Positions 11,695-22,279 of a stretch of 64,000 nucleotides of DNA are shown here, piece after piece (position 1 is the stretch's first letter; each line of letters begins with the position of its first letter). This DNA comes from Candidatus Eiseniibacteriota bacterium (GTDB lineage: Bacteria; Eisenbacteria; RBG-16-71-46). The notes beneath the pieces were generated by a model. That model saw only the letters and a program-made list of their open reading frames with translations, searched no databases and was not told the origin of the DNA. The stretch covers positions 640,001 through 704,000 of the forward strand of contig CAVZLN010000006.1 of assembly GCA_963776245.1 (NCBI GenBank). Reading direction: 5' to 3'. Both the position numbers and the translations under genes were made by a program.

Positions 11695-12776
11695 CGCGCC
11701 TCCCCCGACGCGGCGGGCAGGTCGGCGCGCTCGGTGGCCGGCAGGGTGACGCACACGCGATAGCGGTCGCCCGCCGGGCCCGCGTCCACGCGCGTGCGGC
11801 GCGGGTCGAGCAGGTCGAGGCGCGCGCGCACGTTCGCGAGCCCGAGCCCCTGTCCGCGGTGCACCGGCGCGGCCGGATCGAACGGGCTCTCGACCACGAT
11901 GTCGAGCCGGTCGTCGTGCCGGCGGGCCTCGACGCGCACCGTGCCCCCTTCCAGACGCTGGGCCACGCCGTGGCGCACGGCGTTCTCGATCAGGGGCTGC
12001 AGCAGCAGCGGCGGGACCAGGCACACCTCGGCCTCGGGGGCGACCTGGCGCTCGACCTCGAGGCGCCCGCCGAAGCGCACGTGCTCGATCGCGAGGTAGC
12101 GCTCGGCGAGCGCCAGCTCCTCCGCGAGCGACACCCACTCCTGCGCGCCGAGCCGCTGGCTGCTGCGCAGGAACTCGCCCAGCCGCTGGCACATCTGGCG
12201 CGCGCCCTCGGGCGAGCCGGCCACCAGCGCGCTGATCGAGTTGAGGCTGTTGAAGAGGAAGTGCGGGTCCACCTGGGCCCGCAGCGCGCGCAATTCCGCC
12301 TCGCGCGCCTGCACCTGGAGCTCGAGCGAGCGGCGCTCGGCGGCGCGCGAGTCCTCGAACGCGATGATGAGGTAGTGCACCACCGCCGACAGCAGGTACA
12401 GGATGGCGCCCGCGCCGGCCAGCATCCCCGACTCCCGCGCGGCATCGATGCCCGCGAGCGGGGTGGCGGACTCGAGCACGCGCCCCCACACCGTGGTCAG
12501 CGTCATCCAGGCCACGCCCGCGGCCCCCGCGGCCACGCCGAGCCGGGCCAGCACCGCCGAGGGCGCGCTGCGTCCGAGCGGCGCCGCGCGACACACCCAC
12601 CAGGCCGACAGGCAGATGACGGCGTGCGCCAGGGTGGGCGGCGCGACGAACGCGAGCGCCTCCGGCCAGGTGCGGGGCACCAGCATGCGATCGAGCGCGG
12701 TGAGCAGCGCCGCCACCGGCAGCCAGGCGGCCAGGTAGAGGAACAGGCGGGCGCGGCTCGCGAGCAGCGGATGCAT
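11691..12776 (-). CDS. LytS-type membrane sensor histidine kinase
   Basis: N-terminal TM helices, then 'LRAQVDPHFLFNSLNSI', 'LQPLIENAVRHG' and 'GLGLANVRARL'. Confidence 0.92.
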   Translation of the reverse strand: MHPLLASRARLFLYLAAWLPVAALLTALDRMLVPRTWPEALAFVAPPTLAHAVICLSAWWVCRAAPLGRSAPSAVLARLGVAAGAAGVAWMTLTTVWGRVLESATPLAGIDAARESGMLAGAGAILYLLSAVVHYLIIAFEDSRAAERRSLELQVQAREAELRALRAQVDPHFLFNSLNSISALVAGSPEGARQMCQRLGEFLRSSQRLGAQEWVSLAEELALAERYLAIEHVRFGGRLEVERQVAPEAEVCLVPPLLLQPLIENAVRHGVAQRLEGGTVRVEARRHDDRLDIVVESPFDPAAPVHRGQGLGLANVRARLDLLDPRRTRVDAGPAGDRYRVCVTLPATERADLPAASGEAR

Positions 12777-12779
12777 GGG

Positions 12780-13580
12780 TCAGTGCTTGATCTCGACCGA
12801 GCCCAGCAGGGCGGTGCCCTGCACGCGCAGGATCGGGGCGCCCTCGGCGGGGGCGACGCGCGTGCGGTCGTCCACCGAGCCCAGCACGCTGGTGACCTCG
12901 CCCACGATGCGCCAGCCGTCGGGCACGCGCAGTTCCACGCCGCCCATCAGCGCGAGCACCTCGAGGGTCGCCTCGCCCCCGCTGATGCGGGCCGCGCGCA
13001 GGTCGATGACCGCGCCGCCGAGCACCGCGGAGACCTCGCCTCCCACGAACGCCGCGGACGAGCACGTGCGCGTCACCGAACCGAGCACGGCGACGGCGTT
13101 CACCTCGTCGCCGCTCGCGTCCGAACCGACGGCCTCGTCCACGGCGCGCGTGATCCCGCGGTCGATGGCGTCGGCCAGATGGACGCGCACCCGGCCGCGG
13201 CGCGAGCGCCGCCCGATGACCGCGCCGAGGACGAACGGGGAGCGCCCCTTGCGGAACGACGGACCGCCGACCAGGTAGACCCCGATCAGCACCAGGATGA
13301 GCGGGCCCAGCTCGAAGGACGACGTCCAGTCGCCGTGCAGCGCCAGCGCCTGCATGTAGACGCCGGCGATGATCACCATCGAGCCCATCAGCGGCCGGCG
13401 CGCGCAGCCGATCCCCATCAGGCACACGATGCCCCACGCCACCACCGTCAGCGGCCAGAAGCGGAGGATCGCGCTGGCGTCGAGCACGTCGAAGTTGTCG
13501 AGCGTGAACAGCACGCCGACCGCCGCGAGCACCAGACCGAAGAACAGCCGTGCCCGCAGCACCGGGCGGGTCTCGATCAT
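12780..13580 (-). CDS. LiaF-like membrane protein (N-terminal TM region plus C-terminal DUF2154-type beta domain)
   Basis: TM segment 'GLVLAAVGVLFTLDN...FWPL' and C-terminal 'AVLGGAVIDLR...ALMGGVELRVP.W...LGSVEIK'. Confidence 0.75.
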   Translation of the reverse strand: MIETRPVLRARLFFGLVLAAVGVLFTLDNFDVLDASAILRFWPLTVVAWGIVCLMGIGCARRPLMGSMVIIAGVYMQALALHGDWTSSFELGPLILVLIGVYLVGGPSFRKGRSPFVLGAVIGRRSRRGRVRVHLADAIDRGITRAVDEAVGSDASGDEVNAVAVLGSVTRTCSSAAFVGGEVSAVLGGAVIDLRAARISGGEATLEVLALMGGVELRVPDGWRIVGEVTSVLGSVDDRTRVAPAEGAPILRVQGTALLGSVEIKH

Positions 13581-13861
13581 CGCGGGCCTCCTTCGGGCGC
13601 GGCCGCGACCCGCGTCCGGGTCGCTCCCAACAGCACGAGCGCCGCACCCAGCGCGACCAGCAGCAGCGGCCAGGCGTGCAGCGCGAGTTCGCCGGCCACC
13701 GCGATCAGCGTCCGCGCCAGCGTCGGGATCACACCCGGCGGCAGCACGCGGTCCAGCGCCCAGGCGCCGACGCTCACCAGCGTGAGGTAGGCGCCGGCCA
13801 CGATACACACGATGCCCGCGTGGCGCATGCGGAGCCCGGTCCGTCCGGCGGGCGCGCTCAC
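13577..13861 (-). CDS. Small membrane protein, LiaI/LiaF-TM-like
   Basis: Two hydrophobic helices with 'WPLLLVALG'. Fills the operon gap with 4-bp overlaps at both ends. Start uncertain (GTG 13861 or ATG 13828). Confidence 0.55.
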   Translation of the reverse strand: MSAPAGRTGLRMRHAGIVCIVAGAYLTLVSVGAWALDRVLPPGVIPTLARTLIAVAGELALHAWPLLLVALGAALVLLGATRTRVAAAPEGGPR

Positions 13862-14232
13862 GAGGGCGACCCCGCGTCGCGGTCGCGCCGGACGCGGTCC
13901 TCGGTGAGGGCGCGCACCACCATCCCGACGCCGCTCGAGACGAACAGCAGGGGCCACGAGTTGCGATAGGTGAGCCCGTACCAGTGGAGCTGGACCGCGA
14001 GCAGCCACAGCCCGACCAGCGCCCACGAGATGCCGTGGCCGAGGTCGCCGGCGCGGTAGGGCACCGCGACGCGGCTGATCCCGTAGAGCACCACCAGCAG
14101 CGGCCACCACTGACCGATGTCGCCGAGTCCGAATCCGCCCAGCCGGTCGAGCGCGAACAGCGTGCCGGCGGCGATGAACAGCAGTCCGATGATGATCCGC
14201 CGCTGTCCCTGAGACCCGTTGCTTCCTTCCAT
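13858..14232 (-). CDS. LiaI/LiaF-like (DUF5668-type) membrane protein
   Basis: AGGAGG RBS; duplicated 'G...I..G..F...WPLL' TM motif ('QWWPLLVV', 'NSWPLLFV'). Confidence 0.75.
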   Translation of the reverse strand: MEGSNGSQGQRRIIIGLLFIAAGTLFALDRLGGFGLGDIGQWWPLLVVLYGISRVAVPYRAGDLGHGISWALVGLWLLAVQLHWYGLTYRNSWPLLFVSSGVGMVVRALTEDRVRRDRDAGSPS

Positions 14233-14307
14233 CTTCGCCTCCTTCGCCGGGATTTCCCGGCTCCACAGGCAGACTACGCGGGCGCCGGCGCGCCCGCCTG
14301 TGGGAAT

Positions 14308-14360
14308 CGGCCAGCGGCGGCTGCGGACCGGCGAGCGACGCCGCCGGGCCGGCGAGGGTG
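14308..14360 (-). promoter_or_regulatory. Three direct repeats with 21-bp period; candidate LytTR binding sites
   Basis: Plus strand CGGCCAGCGGC (14308), CGGCGAGCGAC (14329) and CGGCGAGGGTG (14350), upstream of a TAGTCT -10-like element (14271-14276, minus strand) of the operon encoding the LytTR regulator. Confidence 0.55.
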
Positions 14361-14362
14361 GC

Positions 14363-15085
14363 TCACCCGACGGTCGCTTCCGGGTCACCGCGCGCGGGCA
14401 GCGCGCGCGCCCACGCCATCAGTCCGCCGGCGTCCGAGAGGTCGTCGAGCACCAGGTCGGGCGCGTGCTCCGCGAGTCGCGGGCGCGTCAGCGAGCCGGT
14501 CGCGACCGCCACCACGCGCGCGCCCGCGGCCCGCGCGCAGCGGATGTCGTGCTCGGTGTCGCCCACCACCACGCAGCGCGACGGCGGCAGACCCCAGCGC
14601 TGGCGCGCGCGCTCGACCGCGAGCCGCGCCAGCGCGTCGCGGTCGACGGCCTCCTCGCCGCAGGCGGAGAACGCGAACCGCCCCTCGATCCCGAAGCGCG
14701 CGAGCTTGATGCGCGCCATCTCGGTCATGTTGCCGGTCAGCACCGCCATGCGCCAGCCGGGCTCGTCCGCGACCGCGTCGAGCACCCGCGGGACGCCGGC
14801 CAGCAGCCGGCCGCGGGGGGGCACGAGCAGCGCGCGGATGTGCGTGAACACGGCGTCCCAGAAGCGCGCCTCGTCGGCGGTGTCGAGGGTGCGGCCGTGC
14901 TTCGCGAGGATGTCGGCGAGGATGTGCGGCTCGGTGCGCCCGGCGAAGGCGATCGACCCGAGGGTGTCGTCCACCCCCAGCCGCTCGCGCGCCGCCCGCG
15001 CGAACGCCTCACGGGCCGCGCCCTCGGTCGAGAGCAGCGTGCCGTCGATGTCGAACAGCCAGGCGAGTGTCGGGGTAGGACTCAT
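14363..15085 (-). CDS. HAD-superfamily hydrolase (phosphoglycolate phosphatase-like)
   Basis: 'LFDIDGTLL', 'LTGN' and 'VVGDTEHDIRCA...VATG'. Confidence 0.88.
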   Translation of the reverse strand: MSPTPTLAWLFDIDGTLLSTEGAAREAFARAARERLGVDDTLGSIAFAGRTEPHILADILAKHGRTLDTADEARFWDAVFTHIRALLVPPRGRLLAGVPRVLDAVADEPGWRMAVLTGNMTEMARIKLARFGIEGRFAFSACGEEAVDRDALARLAVERARQRWGLPPSRCVVVGDTEHDIRCARAAGARVVAVATGSLTRPRLAEHAPDLVLDDLSDAGGLMAWARALPARGDPEATVG

Positions 15086-15151
15086 GGCGGGCGGGCGGCA
15101 TGTTAGCATGCGTGCCCGTGTCCGCCGCTCCCGCTCCCGTGGAGAGATCCC

Positions 15152-17033
15152 GTGCCCTTCCCTGCGCTGCCCGAGGCATCCGGCGCTCTCGCCTGGCGGT
15201 TCCGGCGCCTGCGCGCCATGGGTCCGGGCGAGGTCGTGCACCGGGCGCGCGTCGCCCTGCGCGACCGGTTCGCGCCGCCGGCCTACGCCCGGCTCGCCCC
15301 TGACGCGGCGTTCGGGGCGCTGTTCGAGGGCGACGCCGATGCCGCGCTGAGCGCGGCGCGGTTCGGCGCGCTGGCCGGCGTGCCCCGGGACGCCACCGGG
15401 CTCGAGGCCACGCTCGCGCAGGCGGCGCAGCTGGCGGACGGACGCTGGGAACTCTTCGGCCACGCCGTGACGCTCGCGCGATCCGCCGTCGTGGCGCGCG
15501 AACCCGGTGAGCGGAGCGGAGTGGCCCGACCTGCCGAGCGCGGCGCTCGACTACCACCGCACCGATCTCGCGGGCGGGGCGAAGTACGCGTGGGAACTGG
15601 GCCGGCTCACCGTGCTGCCCACGCTCGCGCTGGCGTGGCGCGCGGGCGGCGAGGACGCGCACGCGGCGCGCGCCGGGCGCTGGCTGGACGACTTCGTGGC
15701 CGCGAACCCGCTCGGCCGCGGCATCCACCACACCAGCGGCATCGAGATGGCGATCCGGGTGGCGACCGTCACCGCCACGCTCGGGCTGCTCGGCGAACGC
15801 GCCCGCGGGCCGCGGCTCGGGGCCGCGCTCGGCCTGCTCGCGCAGCAGGCGCTGTTCTGCCGCGACCACCTGAGCCTGGGCTCGAGCGCGAACAACCACC
15901 TGCTCGCCGAGTACGCGGCGATGACCCTCGCGGGCGCCACCTGGCCGACCCTGCGCGAAGGCGCCGCCCTGCTCGCGCGCGGCCACGCCGGCTCGAGCGC
16001 GAGATCCTGCGCCAGTTCCACCCCGACGGCGTGAACGCCGAGCAGGCGTTCGGCTACCTGCCGTTCATCACCGAGCTGGTGCTGTTGCCGCTGGTGGCGG
16101 CCGAGGCGGCGGGGCGCCCCGCGTCCGCCGGCGTGCGCGAGCGGCTCGGGCGCGCGCTCGAGTTCATGCGCGTGCTGCGCCTGCCGGATGGCTCGGTGCC
16201 GATGGTGGGCGACGCCGACGAGGCGCGCATCCTGCTCGCGGCGCACGGCGACCGGCTCGACCTCGCCGGCGGCGCGCTCGCCGCCTGGCTCGGCGCCGAT
16301 GGACTGGCCGAGGGCGCGGACGGCTACGCGCGCCTGGTGCTCGGCCGCGCGCCGGCGCGCACCCGCGCGGCGCTCGACGGGCGCCACGTGTTCCCCGACG
16401 GCGGGTACACGGTGTGGCGCGACCGCGGCATGCTCGCGACGTTCGACCACGGCCCGCTCGGACTCGGCGCGCTCGCCGCGCACGGCCACGCGGACGCCCT
16501 GGCGGTCACGCTTGTTCCGCGGTCCGGACGCGGTGGTGGTGGATCCCGGCACCTACGCCTACCACGAGGACGAGCCGGCGCGGGCGCGGTTCCGCTCCAC
16601 GCCCTACCACGGCACGGTGAACTTCGGCGGACGCAGCCAGAGCGAGATGCGCGGTCCGTTCCTGTGGGGACGGCACGCCCGGGTGGACGGCGAAGCGGGG
16701 CGCGGCGCCTGCCGCTGGGCCTCGGGTGAGACCCACGAGCGCGCGGTCGACGCGTCGGCCGAACGCGTGGTGATCGACGACGGGGTGCGGGGCGCCGGCG
16801 CGCGGCTGGCGTTCCCGCTCGCGCCGGGCGCGCAGGTCACGCTCGAGGGGCACCGCGCGATCGTACGCGCTGGGCGCGCGGTCGCGCGCTTCGAGGGCGA
16901 GGGCCTCGATCCGTGGCGCGTCGAGCCGGGCGAGGTCTCGCGCGCGCTCGGCTGGCGCGAGCCCGCGCCGCGGCTGGTCGCGCGCATCCCGGGCGAGCGC
17001 GCCCGCACCACCATCCGCCTCGGCGACGCCTGA
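15152..17033 (+). CDS. Heparinase II/III family protein (frameshifts at ~15480, ~15990 and ~16510)
   Basis: 'KYAWELGR', 'SGIEMAIR', 'SSANNHL', 'DGVNAEQA..Y', 'GDADE', 'AAHGHADAL', 'VDPGTYAY' and 'FRST..H.TV', spread over three frames. Confidence 0.8.
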
Positions 17034-17057
17034 GCGCGGCGCGCCCGCGCCGGATCC

Positions 17058-18515
17058 TCAGCGCGCGGTCGAGGGCGCCGCGGCGGCCCGCTCCCGGAAC
17101 AGGCGGTTCGGCTCCCCCCGCTCCCACGGGCGGTACTCCATCGCGAACCGCACGCGCTCGGCGAGCGGCGGATGGGAGTACTGGAGCCACACGCGCCACG
17201 CCGGGGGCTCGGGATCGGAGCGGTTCTGCGAGCCGAGCTTGATGAACGCGCGCGCCGCGGCGTCGTTGTCGTGCGTGATCTCGAGCCCGAAGATGTCGGA
17301 CTCGTGCTCGACGCCGCGGCTGTAGCCGTTCACCACCGGCTGGGCCGCGAACGAGAGCAGCGTGAGCACCGCGACCAGCAGCGGCATCGCCGCCAGGTCG
17401 TGGAGGGCCGTGAAACCCCAGCGCGGGCCGAACCGCGCCACCAGCGGATCGAGCAGGCGCGCGGCGAGGAAGAACAGCAGGAACGAGAGCAGGCTGGTCA
17501 GCAGGATGCCCTTCCAGATGTGGTGCAGCACGTAGTGGCCCATCTCGTGGCCCATCACGCACAGGATCTCGTCCTTGCGCATGCCCTTCAGCGTGGTGTC
17601 CCAGAGCACGATGCGCTGCGAGACCCCGAAGCCGCTCACGTAGGCGTTGTACTTCCGGGTCTGGCGGCTCTTGTCCACCTCGTACACGTTGCGCCCCGGG
17701 ATGCCCGCCTTCTCGGCGAGCGCGACGATCTCGCGCTTCAGCGCCTGGTCGCGCAGCGGCGTGAACTTGTTGGTGAGCCCGTCGACGTAGGGCGAGATGA
17801 GCGAGCCCGCGAGGATCACCGGCAGCGTGCCGAGCGCCAGCCACAGCCACCAGCGACGCGGCTGCTTCTCGAGCGCGCCGTAGGCGAGCGCCACCAGCGG
17901 CACCACGCCGAGGAAGCACAGCGACACCGCGAGACCGATGCCCTCCTCACGCAGCCAGGCCCCGAACGACTGGTTCGAGAGCGCGTACTGGTGCTCGAGC
18001 GCGAAGCCCTGGTACCACGCGAACGGGAACCCGAGCGCGGCCCCCACCAGCGAGTAGAGGGTGAGGTAGACCAGCACGCGCACGTAGCGCGACGAGCCGA
18101 GCGCGTGCGCGATGTCGCGCATGCGCGCCGACAGCCCGGTGGCCAGCACCAGCAGCGCCACCGCGATGGAGTAGAACGGGTCGAGCAGGGCGAGCGCGCC
18201 GCGCTTCTGCGAGTACGCGCGGCTCTCGCGGGTGAAGTTGGCGCGGATCTCGGCGAGATGGTCGACCGGGGGCGCCGGCGCCGCCGGCGCGGAGGAGTCC
18301 GCGGCCGCGAGCGCGGCGCTGTCGGCCGCAGCGGGCGAGCTTCCGCCGGGCGCGATGGCCGCGCTGTCCGCCGCCGCGGGCGCCCCCGCGCCGGGCGCGG
18401 GGGCGGCGAAGCCGGCGGGTGCGAAGGCCAGCGTGAGCGTTACCGCGAGCGCCAGCGGGTGGGCGAACGCGCGAGCGAGGCGGCACGGCCAGCGGAGCGG
18501 ACCGTCAGGCGACAT
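17058..18515 (-). CDS. M48 (Ste24-like) integral membrane zinc metalloprotease
   Basis: 'NAYVSGFG..RIVLWDT', HExxH 'HEMGH', 'EHESD' and 'SHPPLAER'. Confidence 0.92.
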   Translation of the reverse strand: MSPDGPLRWPCRLARAFAHPLALAVTLTLAFAPAGFAAPAPGAGAPAAADSAAIAPGGSSPAAADSAALAAADSSAPAAPAPPVDHLAEIRANFTRESRAYSQKRGALALLDPFYSIAVALLVLATGLSARMRDIAHALGSSRYVRVLVYLTLYSLVGAALGFPFAWYQGFALEHQYALSNQSFGAWLREEGIGLAVSLCFLGVVPLVALAYGALEKQPRRWWLWLALGTLPVILAGSLISPYVDGLTNKFTPLRDQALKREIVALAEKAGIPGRNVYEVDKSRQTRKYNAYVSGFGVSQRIVLWDTTLKGMRKDEILCVMGHEMGHYVLHHIWKGILLTSLLSFLLFFLAARLLDPLVARFGPRWGFTALHDLAAMPLLVAVLTLLSFAAQPVVNGYSRGVEHESDIFGLEITHDNDAAARAFIKLGSQNRSDPEPPAWRVWLQYSHPPLAERVRFAMEYRPWERGEPNRLFRERAAAAPSTAR

Positions 18516-18656
18516 GGGATCTCTCCTCGTCAGGGAGCGGAGCGGCACGCGCCACCGTAGGCGGCGACGAGGGCACGAGGCAACCGCGAGCGTCCCCAGC
18601 GCGCGCAGGAAGGTGCCCGGCGCGGCGCCCGGCGGCCGCCCGCGATCCGATGCGGC

Positions 18657-20126
18657 TCAGCGCACCGCGGCGATCCGGCGCGCGGCGGACTGGCCGCCCG
18701 ATCGCGCCCGCACCAGGTAGATCCCGGGACCGACGCGCCGGCCGGCCTCGTCGCACAGGTCCCAGCTCAGCGGGTGCTCGCCGCCCGCGAGCTCACCCCG
18801 GGCGAGCACTCGCACGCGCCGCCCCGCAGGATCGAACACCTCGGCCACCACCTCGCCGCGGTGCGCCATCCGCAGCGTGAGCGCGACGGCGTCGCGCGCG
18901 GGGTTCGGCCGCGGCGCCGACAGGGCCAGTCTCGCCGGGAGATCGTCGTCGGGCCCGGGCGCGCCGGGCGGCAGCGGCGTCAGGTTCACGTCGTCGCGGT
19001 CGAAGACGATCTGGTAGGGCGGCAGCCCGGTGGCGAGCGGGCCCGCGAGAGGCGCGTCGGAGCCACAGCCGAACACCCGCAGCCCGGGTGCGGAAGGGCG
19101 GGTGTCGCACACCCACAGCTCGTCGCGCGAGCGGCTCACCGCCAGGTCGGGCAGGGAGAAGCCGCCGGGGGCGTACACGGTGGCGATCCTCTCGCCGCGG
19201 GTGGCGCTCCACGAGACCACGGAGGTGTTGAACGACGCGTCGCTCACGATCGCGTACGAGTGGTCGGGAAGCCAGTACGCGAAGTCGCCGATGTCGCCCC
19301 CCAGCGCCTCCTCGGTGACCAGGAAACCGGCGCTCGCGTAGCGCGGCGCGTCCGGCGGGAGGCCGCCGCCGGGCGCCGGGCCGCCGCCGGAGTTGACCGG
19401 GATGGACTCGATACCGCCGTCGAGCACGCCGTACGCGCCGGCGCAGCCGATCAGCAGGCGCCCCCCGACGGAATCGAGCTCGAACGCGGTGGTGGGGTTG
19501 CGTCCGGTCAGCGGGATGCCCTGGACCCCGGGGCGACCCGGATCCACGTCGAGCACAGTGTCCGCGGCGAGATCGATCACCGCCACCAGGCTGGTCTCGG
19601 AGGGCGCGAAGTTCACCAGCCGCTGGAGCGCGACGAACAGCATCCCGTCCGCGGTCGCCATGCGCGTCGCCTCGGGCAGACCGTCGGCGTCCGCGAACCC
19701 GGCGAGCGGGATCGCGCCCGTCACCGTGCCCGCGCTCGGGTTCACGATCAGCAGCTGGGCCAGCCCGAGGCACGAGACGTACGCCTTGGTCGCGGACACC
19801 ACCGCGATGTCCTGGGGGTTGGTGCCGTTGCCGGTCGAGAACTGGCGCAGCGTCGCGTAGCCCTGCGCCGGAGCCACCACCTGGATGTTGTCCTGGCCGT
19901 ACCGGTTGACCACATAGAGCCGCCCGCCCCACCAGCGCAGCGTGGCGTCGGAGTGCACGCGCGCGACGTCGGCCTGCACCGCGCGCGTCGCGAGGTCCAC
20001 GGCGCTCAGGCCGCCGGTGGTGAAGTCGGTGGTGACGACGTACCCACGGGTCTCGTTCGGAACGGCGGAGCCCACCCTCGGGAGCAGTGCGAGGAGCGCG
20101 AAGAACGCGAGCGATGCACGGTGCAT
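18657..20126 (-). CDS. Secreted YncE/BtuG-like beta-propeller protein with C-terminal FlgD-Ig/T9SS-like domain
   Basis: Sec signal without lipobox; propeller-like repeats ('LYVVNR...NIQVV', 'NPQDIAVVSATKAYVS'); C-terminal 'PNP...EVFDPAGRRVR...WD..D..GRRVGPGIY'. Lies directly downstream of the TonB receptor. Confidence 0.7.
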   Translation of the reverse strand: MHRASLAFFALLALLPRVGSAVPNETRGYVVTTDFTTGGLSAVDLATRAVQADVARVHSDATLRWWGGRLYVVNRYGQDNIQVVAPAQGYATLRQFSTGNGTNPQDIAVVSATKAYVSCLGLAQLLIVNPSAGTVTGAIPLAGFADADGLPEATRMATADGMLFVALQRLVNFAPSETSLVAVIDLAADTVLDVDPGRPGVQGIPLTGRNPTTAFELDSVGGRLLIGCAGAYGVLDGGIESIPVNSGGGPAPGGGLPPDAPRYASAGFLVTEEALGGDIGDFAYWLPDHSYAIVSDASFNTSVVSWSATRGERIATVYAPGGFSLPDLAVSRSRDELWVCDTRPSAPGLRVFGCGSDAPLAGPLATGLPPYQIVFDRDDVNLTPLPPGAPGPDDDLPARLALSAPRPNPARDAVALTLRMAHRGEVVAEVFDPAGRRVRVLARGELAGGEHPLSWDLCDEAGRRVGPGIYLVRARSGGQSAARRIAAVR

Positions 20127-20138
20127 GGTGTCCTTCGA

Positions 20139-22160
20139 CTAGCGGTGGATGGGCTCCGCCGGACCGACGCGCGTCTCGCAGGCGACGAACACGGTGCGGC
20201 CGGGCAGCGGGAATCCCGCCACGTCGGTGACGTGGCGGTCGGTCAGGTTCTTGCCTTCGAGCGTCAGGCGCAGCCGGCCGCGCAGGACCGGCCACGACAG
20301 TGAGGCACCCGCCAGGGTGCGGCTCGGGACGCGGTCGCGATTGTACGGATCGAGCACGTTGTCCCCGATGACCTGCACGTCGGCCGCGAACCGCAGCGCG
20401 CCCGCCGGCGCGTCGAGCCGCAGGTAGGCCTGGCGGTCGGGGCGCTGCGGCAGGCGCTTGCCGCGCAGCCAGGCCGTGTCGCTCTGGTCGATCGCCGACT
20501 GCCAGGTCAGGTTCCCGAGCAGCGCGGGGCCGCCGGGGACCGCCACCCGCGCGCTGAGCTCCTCGCCGCGGATGCGCGCGCGCGAGACGTTCTCGGCGCG
20601 CGAGTAGCTCTGCGACAGGCGGGTGTAGAGGATGAGATCGCGCGGCCGCGACTCGAAGTGCGCCCACTCGAGTGCGGCGCGCGCCCGCCGCAGCGCCCCG
20701 TTCCACGCCGCGCCGGCGTCCCAGTTCCTGCCCCGTTCGGGGAGCAGCGCGGGATTGCCGACCACGAAGCCCTGGTTGCCGAACAGCTCGAGGAAGTCGG
20801 GGGCGCGCTCGGCCGCGCTCCAGTTGGAGCGCAGTTCGAGCCCGCGCCCCACGGCCACGCGCGCGCCGAGCTGCGGCGAATCGAGGGTGCGCGCGAGGTC
20901 GATCGACTGGACGCGGTCGCCCACGCCGCCGGTGCGACGCTGGTCGCGCAGCCGGTCCCAGCGGCGCGCGGCGCGCAGCAGCAGGCGGTCCCCGGGGGAG
21001 CGCCACTGGGCGCCCAGCAGCGCGCCCGTGCTGCGGCGGCTGCTCGGCGGCGGATCGGTGAACGGGTCGGCCGCGTCGGTCAGCCGGGCGCGCTCGCGGC
21101 GCGCGCTGGCGCCGGCCTCGAGCGCGAACCCGCCCGGGAGCGCCGGCCACTGGAGCGAGAGCGCGGCGTCCTCGCCCGTGAAGCGGTCGTCGGTGTCGTG
21201 GCGCCCGAGCCCGAGCTCGCCGGAGCGCGCGCGATCGCGCAGCCGGGAGCGCTCGCGCTGGAGCGCCGCGCGCACGCGCACCGCCGGCGTCGCGCGGCCG
21301 GCCTCGCGCTCGGCCTCGAACCGGGTGAGGGCGCGCACGAACGCCAGCCGGGCCTCGCGCGCCGGCACCACCCCGAGACCGGGGAGGCCCTGGGCCTTGT
21401 GGAAGACGTCCTCACGCAGCGTCACCCGCAGGCCTTCGCCCGGCCGCCAGGTGGCGCTGGAGAGCAGCGTGGCGGAGGCGAATCGGTTGTTCACGCGGGT
21501 GCTCAGGCTGTCGTCGCCGGGATTGAACGGCGTGCCGTTGTCGTCGGCGAAGCGGAAGTCGCCGCGCGAGGACTGGTAGCCGGCGTGCACCAGCGCCCCG
21601 AGCGTGCCGCGCCGGGCACCCGCCGTGGCGCGTCCCTCCCAGGTGCCGAACGAGCCGCGCGCCACGCGCGCGTCGAGCAGGTCGGGTGAGGCCGCGGTGA
21701 TCAGGTTGATGGCCCCGCCCGGCGTGGCCGCGCCGAGACCCAGCGGCGCGACGCCGCGGTACACCTCGACCCGCTCCACCGCGGTGAACGGCAGCTCGGC
21801 GAGATCGACCACGCCGTGCGCCGCCGAGGTGATGGGCGCGCCGTCGAGGAACACCGCCACCTGGCCCGCCGGCGCGCCGCGCAGGGACACCGTGCTGAAC
21901 GCGCCGAGCCCGCCGTACTGCACCACGTGGACCCCGGCGGCGCCCGCCATCACCTCGGCGAGCGATTCGAGGGCGCGCCCCGAGACCCCGGCGGGAAGGT
22001 CGGCGACGAACGCGGTGGGCTGGCGGCGGCGGGCGCCCTCGAGCCGCGCGCGTTCGCGGTCCACGCGCACCTCGGGGAGCACGAACACGGTGTCGCGCAC
22101 CGGCGCCGCCGCGGCCGGCGCGGAGGCGAGCAGGAGCAGGAGTGCGGCGGAACCGATCAC
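20139..22160 (-). CDS. TonB-dependent receptor, probable cobalamin importer (BtuB-like)
   Basis: Plug motifs 'SLRG...VAVFLDG...VERVEVYRG...GGAINLIT' and C-terminal 'NLTD...GFPLPGRT'; cobalamin riboswitch directly upstream. GTG start inferred. Confidence 0.88.
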   Translation of the reverse strand: MIGSAALLLLLASAPAAAAPVRDTVFVLPEVRVDRERARLEGARRRQPTAFVADLPAGVSGRALESLAEVMAGAAGVHVVQYGGLGAFSTVSLRGAPAGQVAVFLDGAPITSAAHGVVDLAELPFTAVERVEVYRGVAPLGLGAATPGGAINLITAASPDLLDARVARGSFGTWEGRATAGARRGTLGALVHAGYQSSRGDFRFADDNGTPFNPGDDSLSTRVNNRFASATLLSSATWRPGEGLRVTLREDVFHKAQGLPGLGVVPAREARLAFVRALTRFEAEREAGRATPAVRVRAALQRERSRLRDRARSGELGLGRHDTDDRFTGEDAALSLQWPALPGGFALEAGASARRERARLTDAADPFTDPPPSSRRSTGALLGAQWRSPGDRLLLRAARRWDRLRDQRRTGGVGDRVQSIDLARTLDSPQLGARVAVGRGLELRSNWSAAERAPDFLELFGNQGFVVGNPALLPERGRNWDAGAAWNGALRRARAALEWAHFESRPRDLILYTRLSQSYSRAENVSRARIRGEELSARVAVPGGPALLGNLTWQSAIDQSDTAWLRGKRLPQRPDRQAYLRLDAPAGALRFAADVQVIGDNVLDPYNRDRVPSRTLAGASLSWPVLRGRLRLTLEGKNLTDRHVTDVAGFPLPGRTVFVACETRVGPAEPIHR

Positions 22161-22279
22161 GGCGTCTCTCGCGCTTGGATCGAGAAAGCCCGGCGTCGCG
22201 AGAGAGGATCTCGGGAGGCCGGGCCCGGAGAGCGCCGCGCACACCCTCGACGCTCTCACTCGAAGCGTCACGGGCAAGG

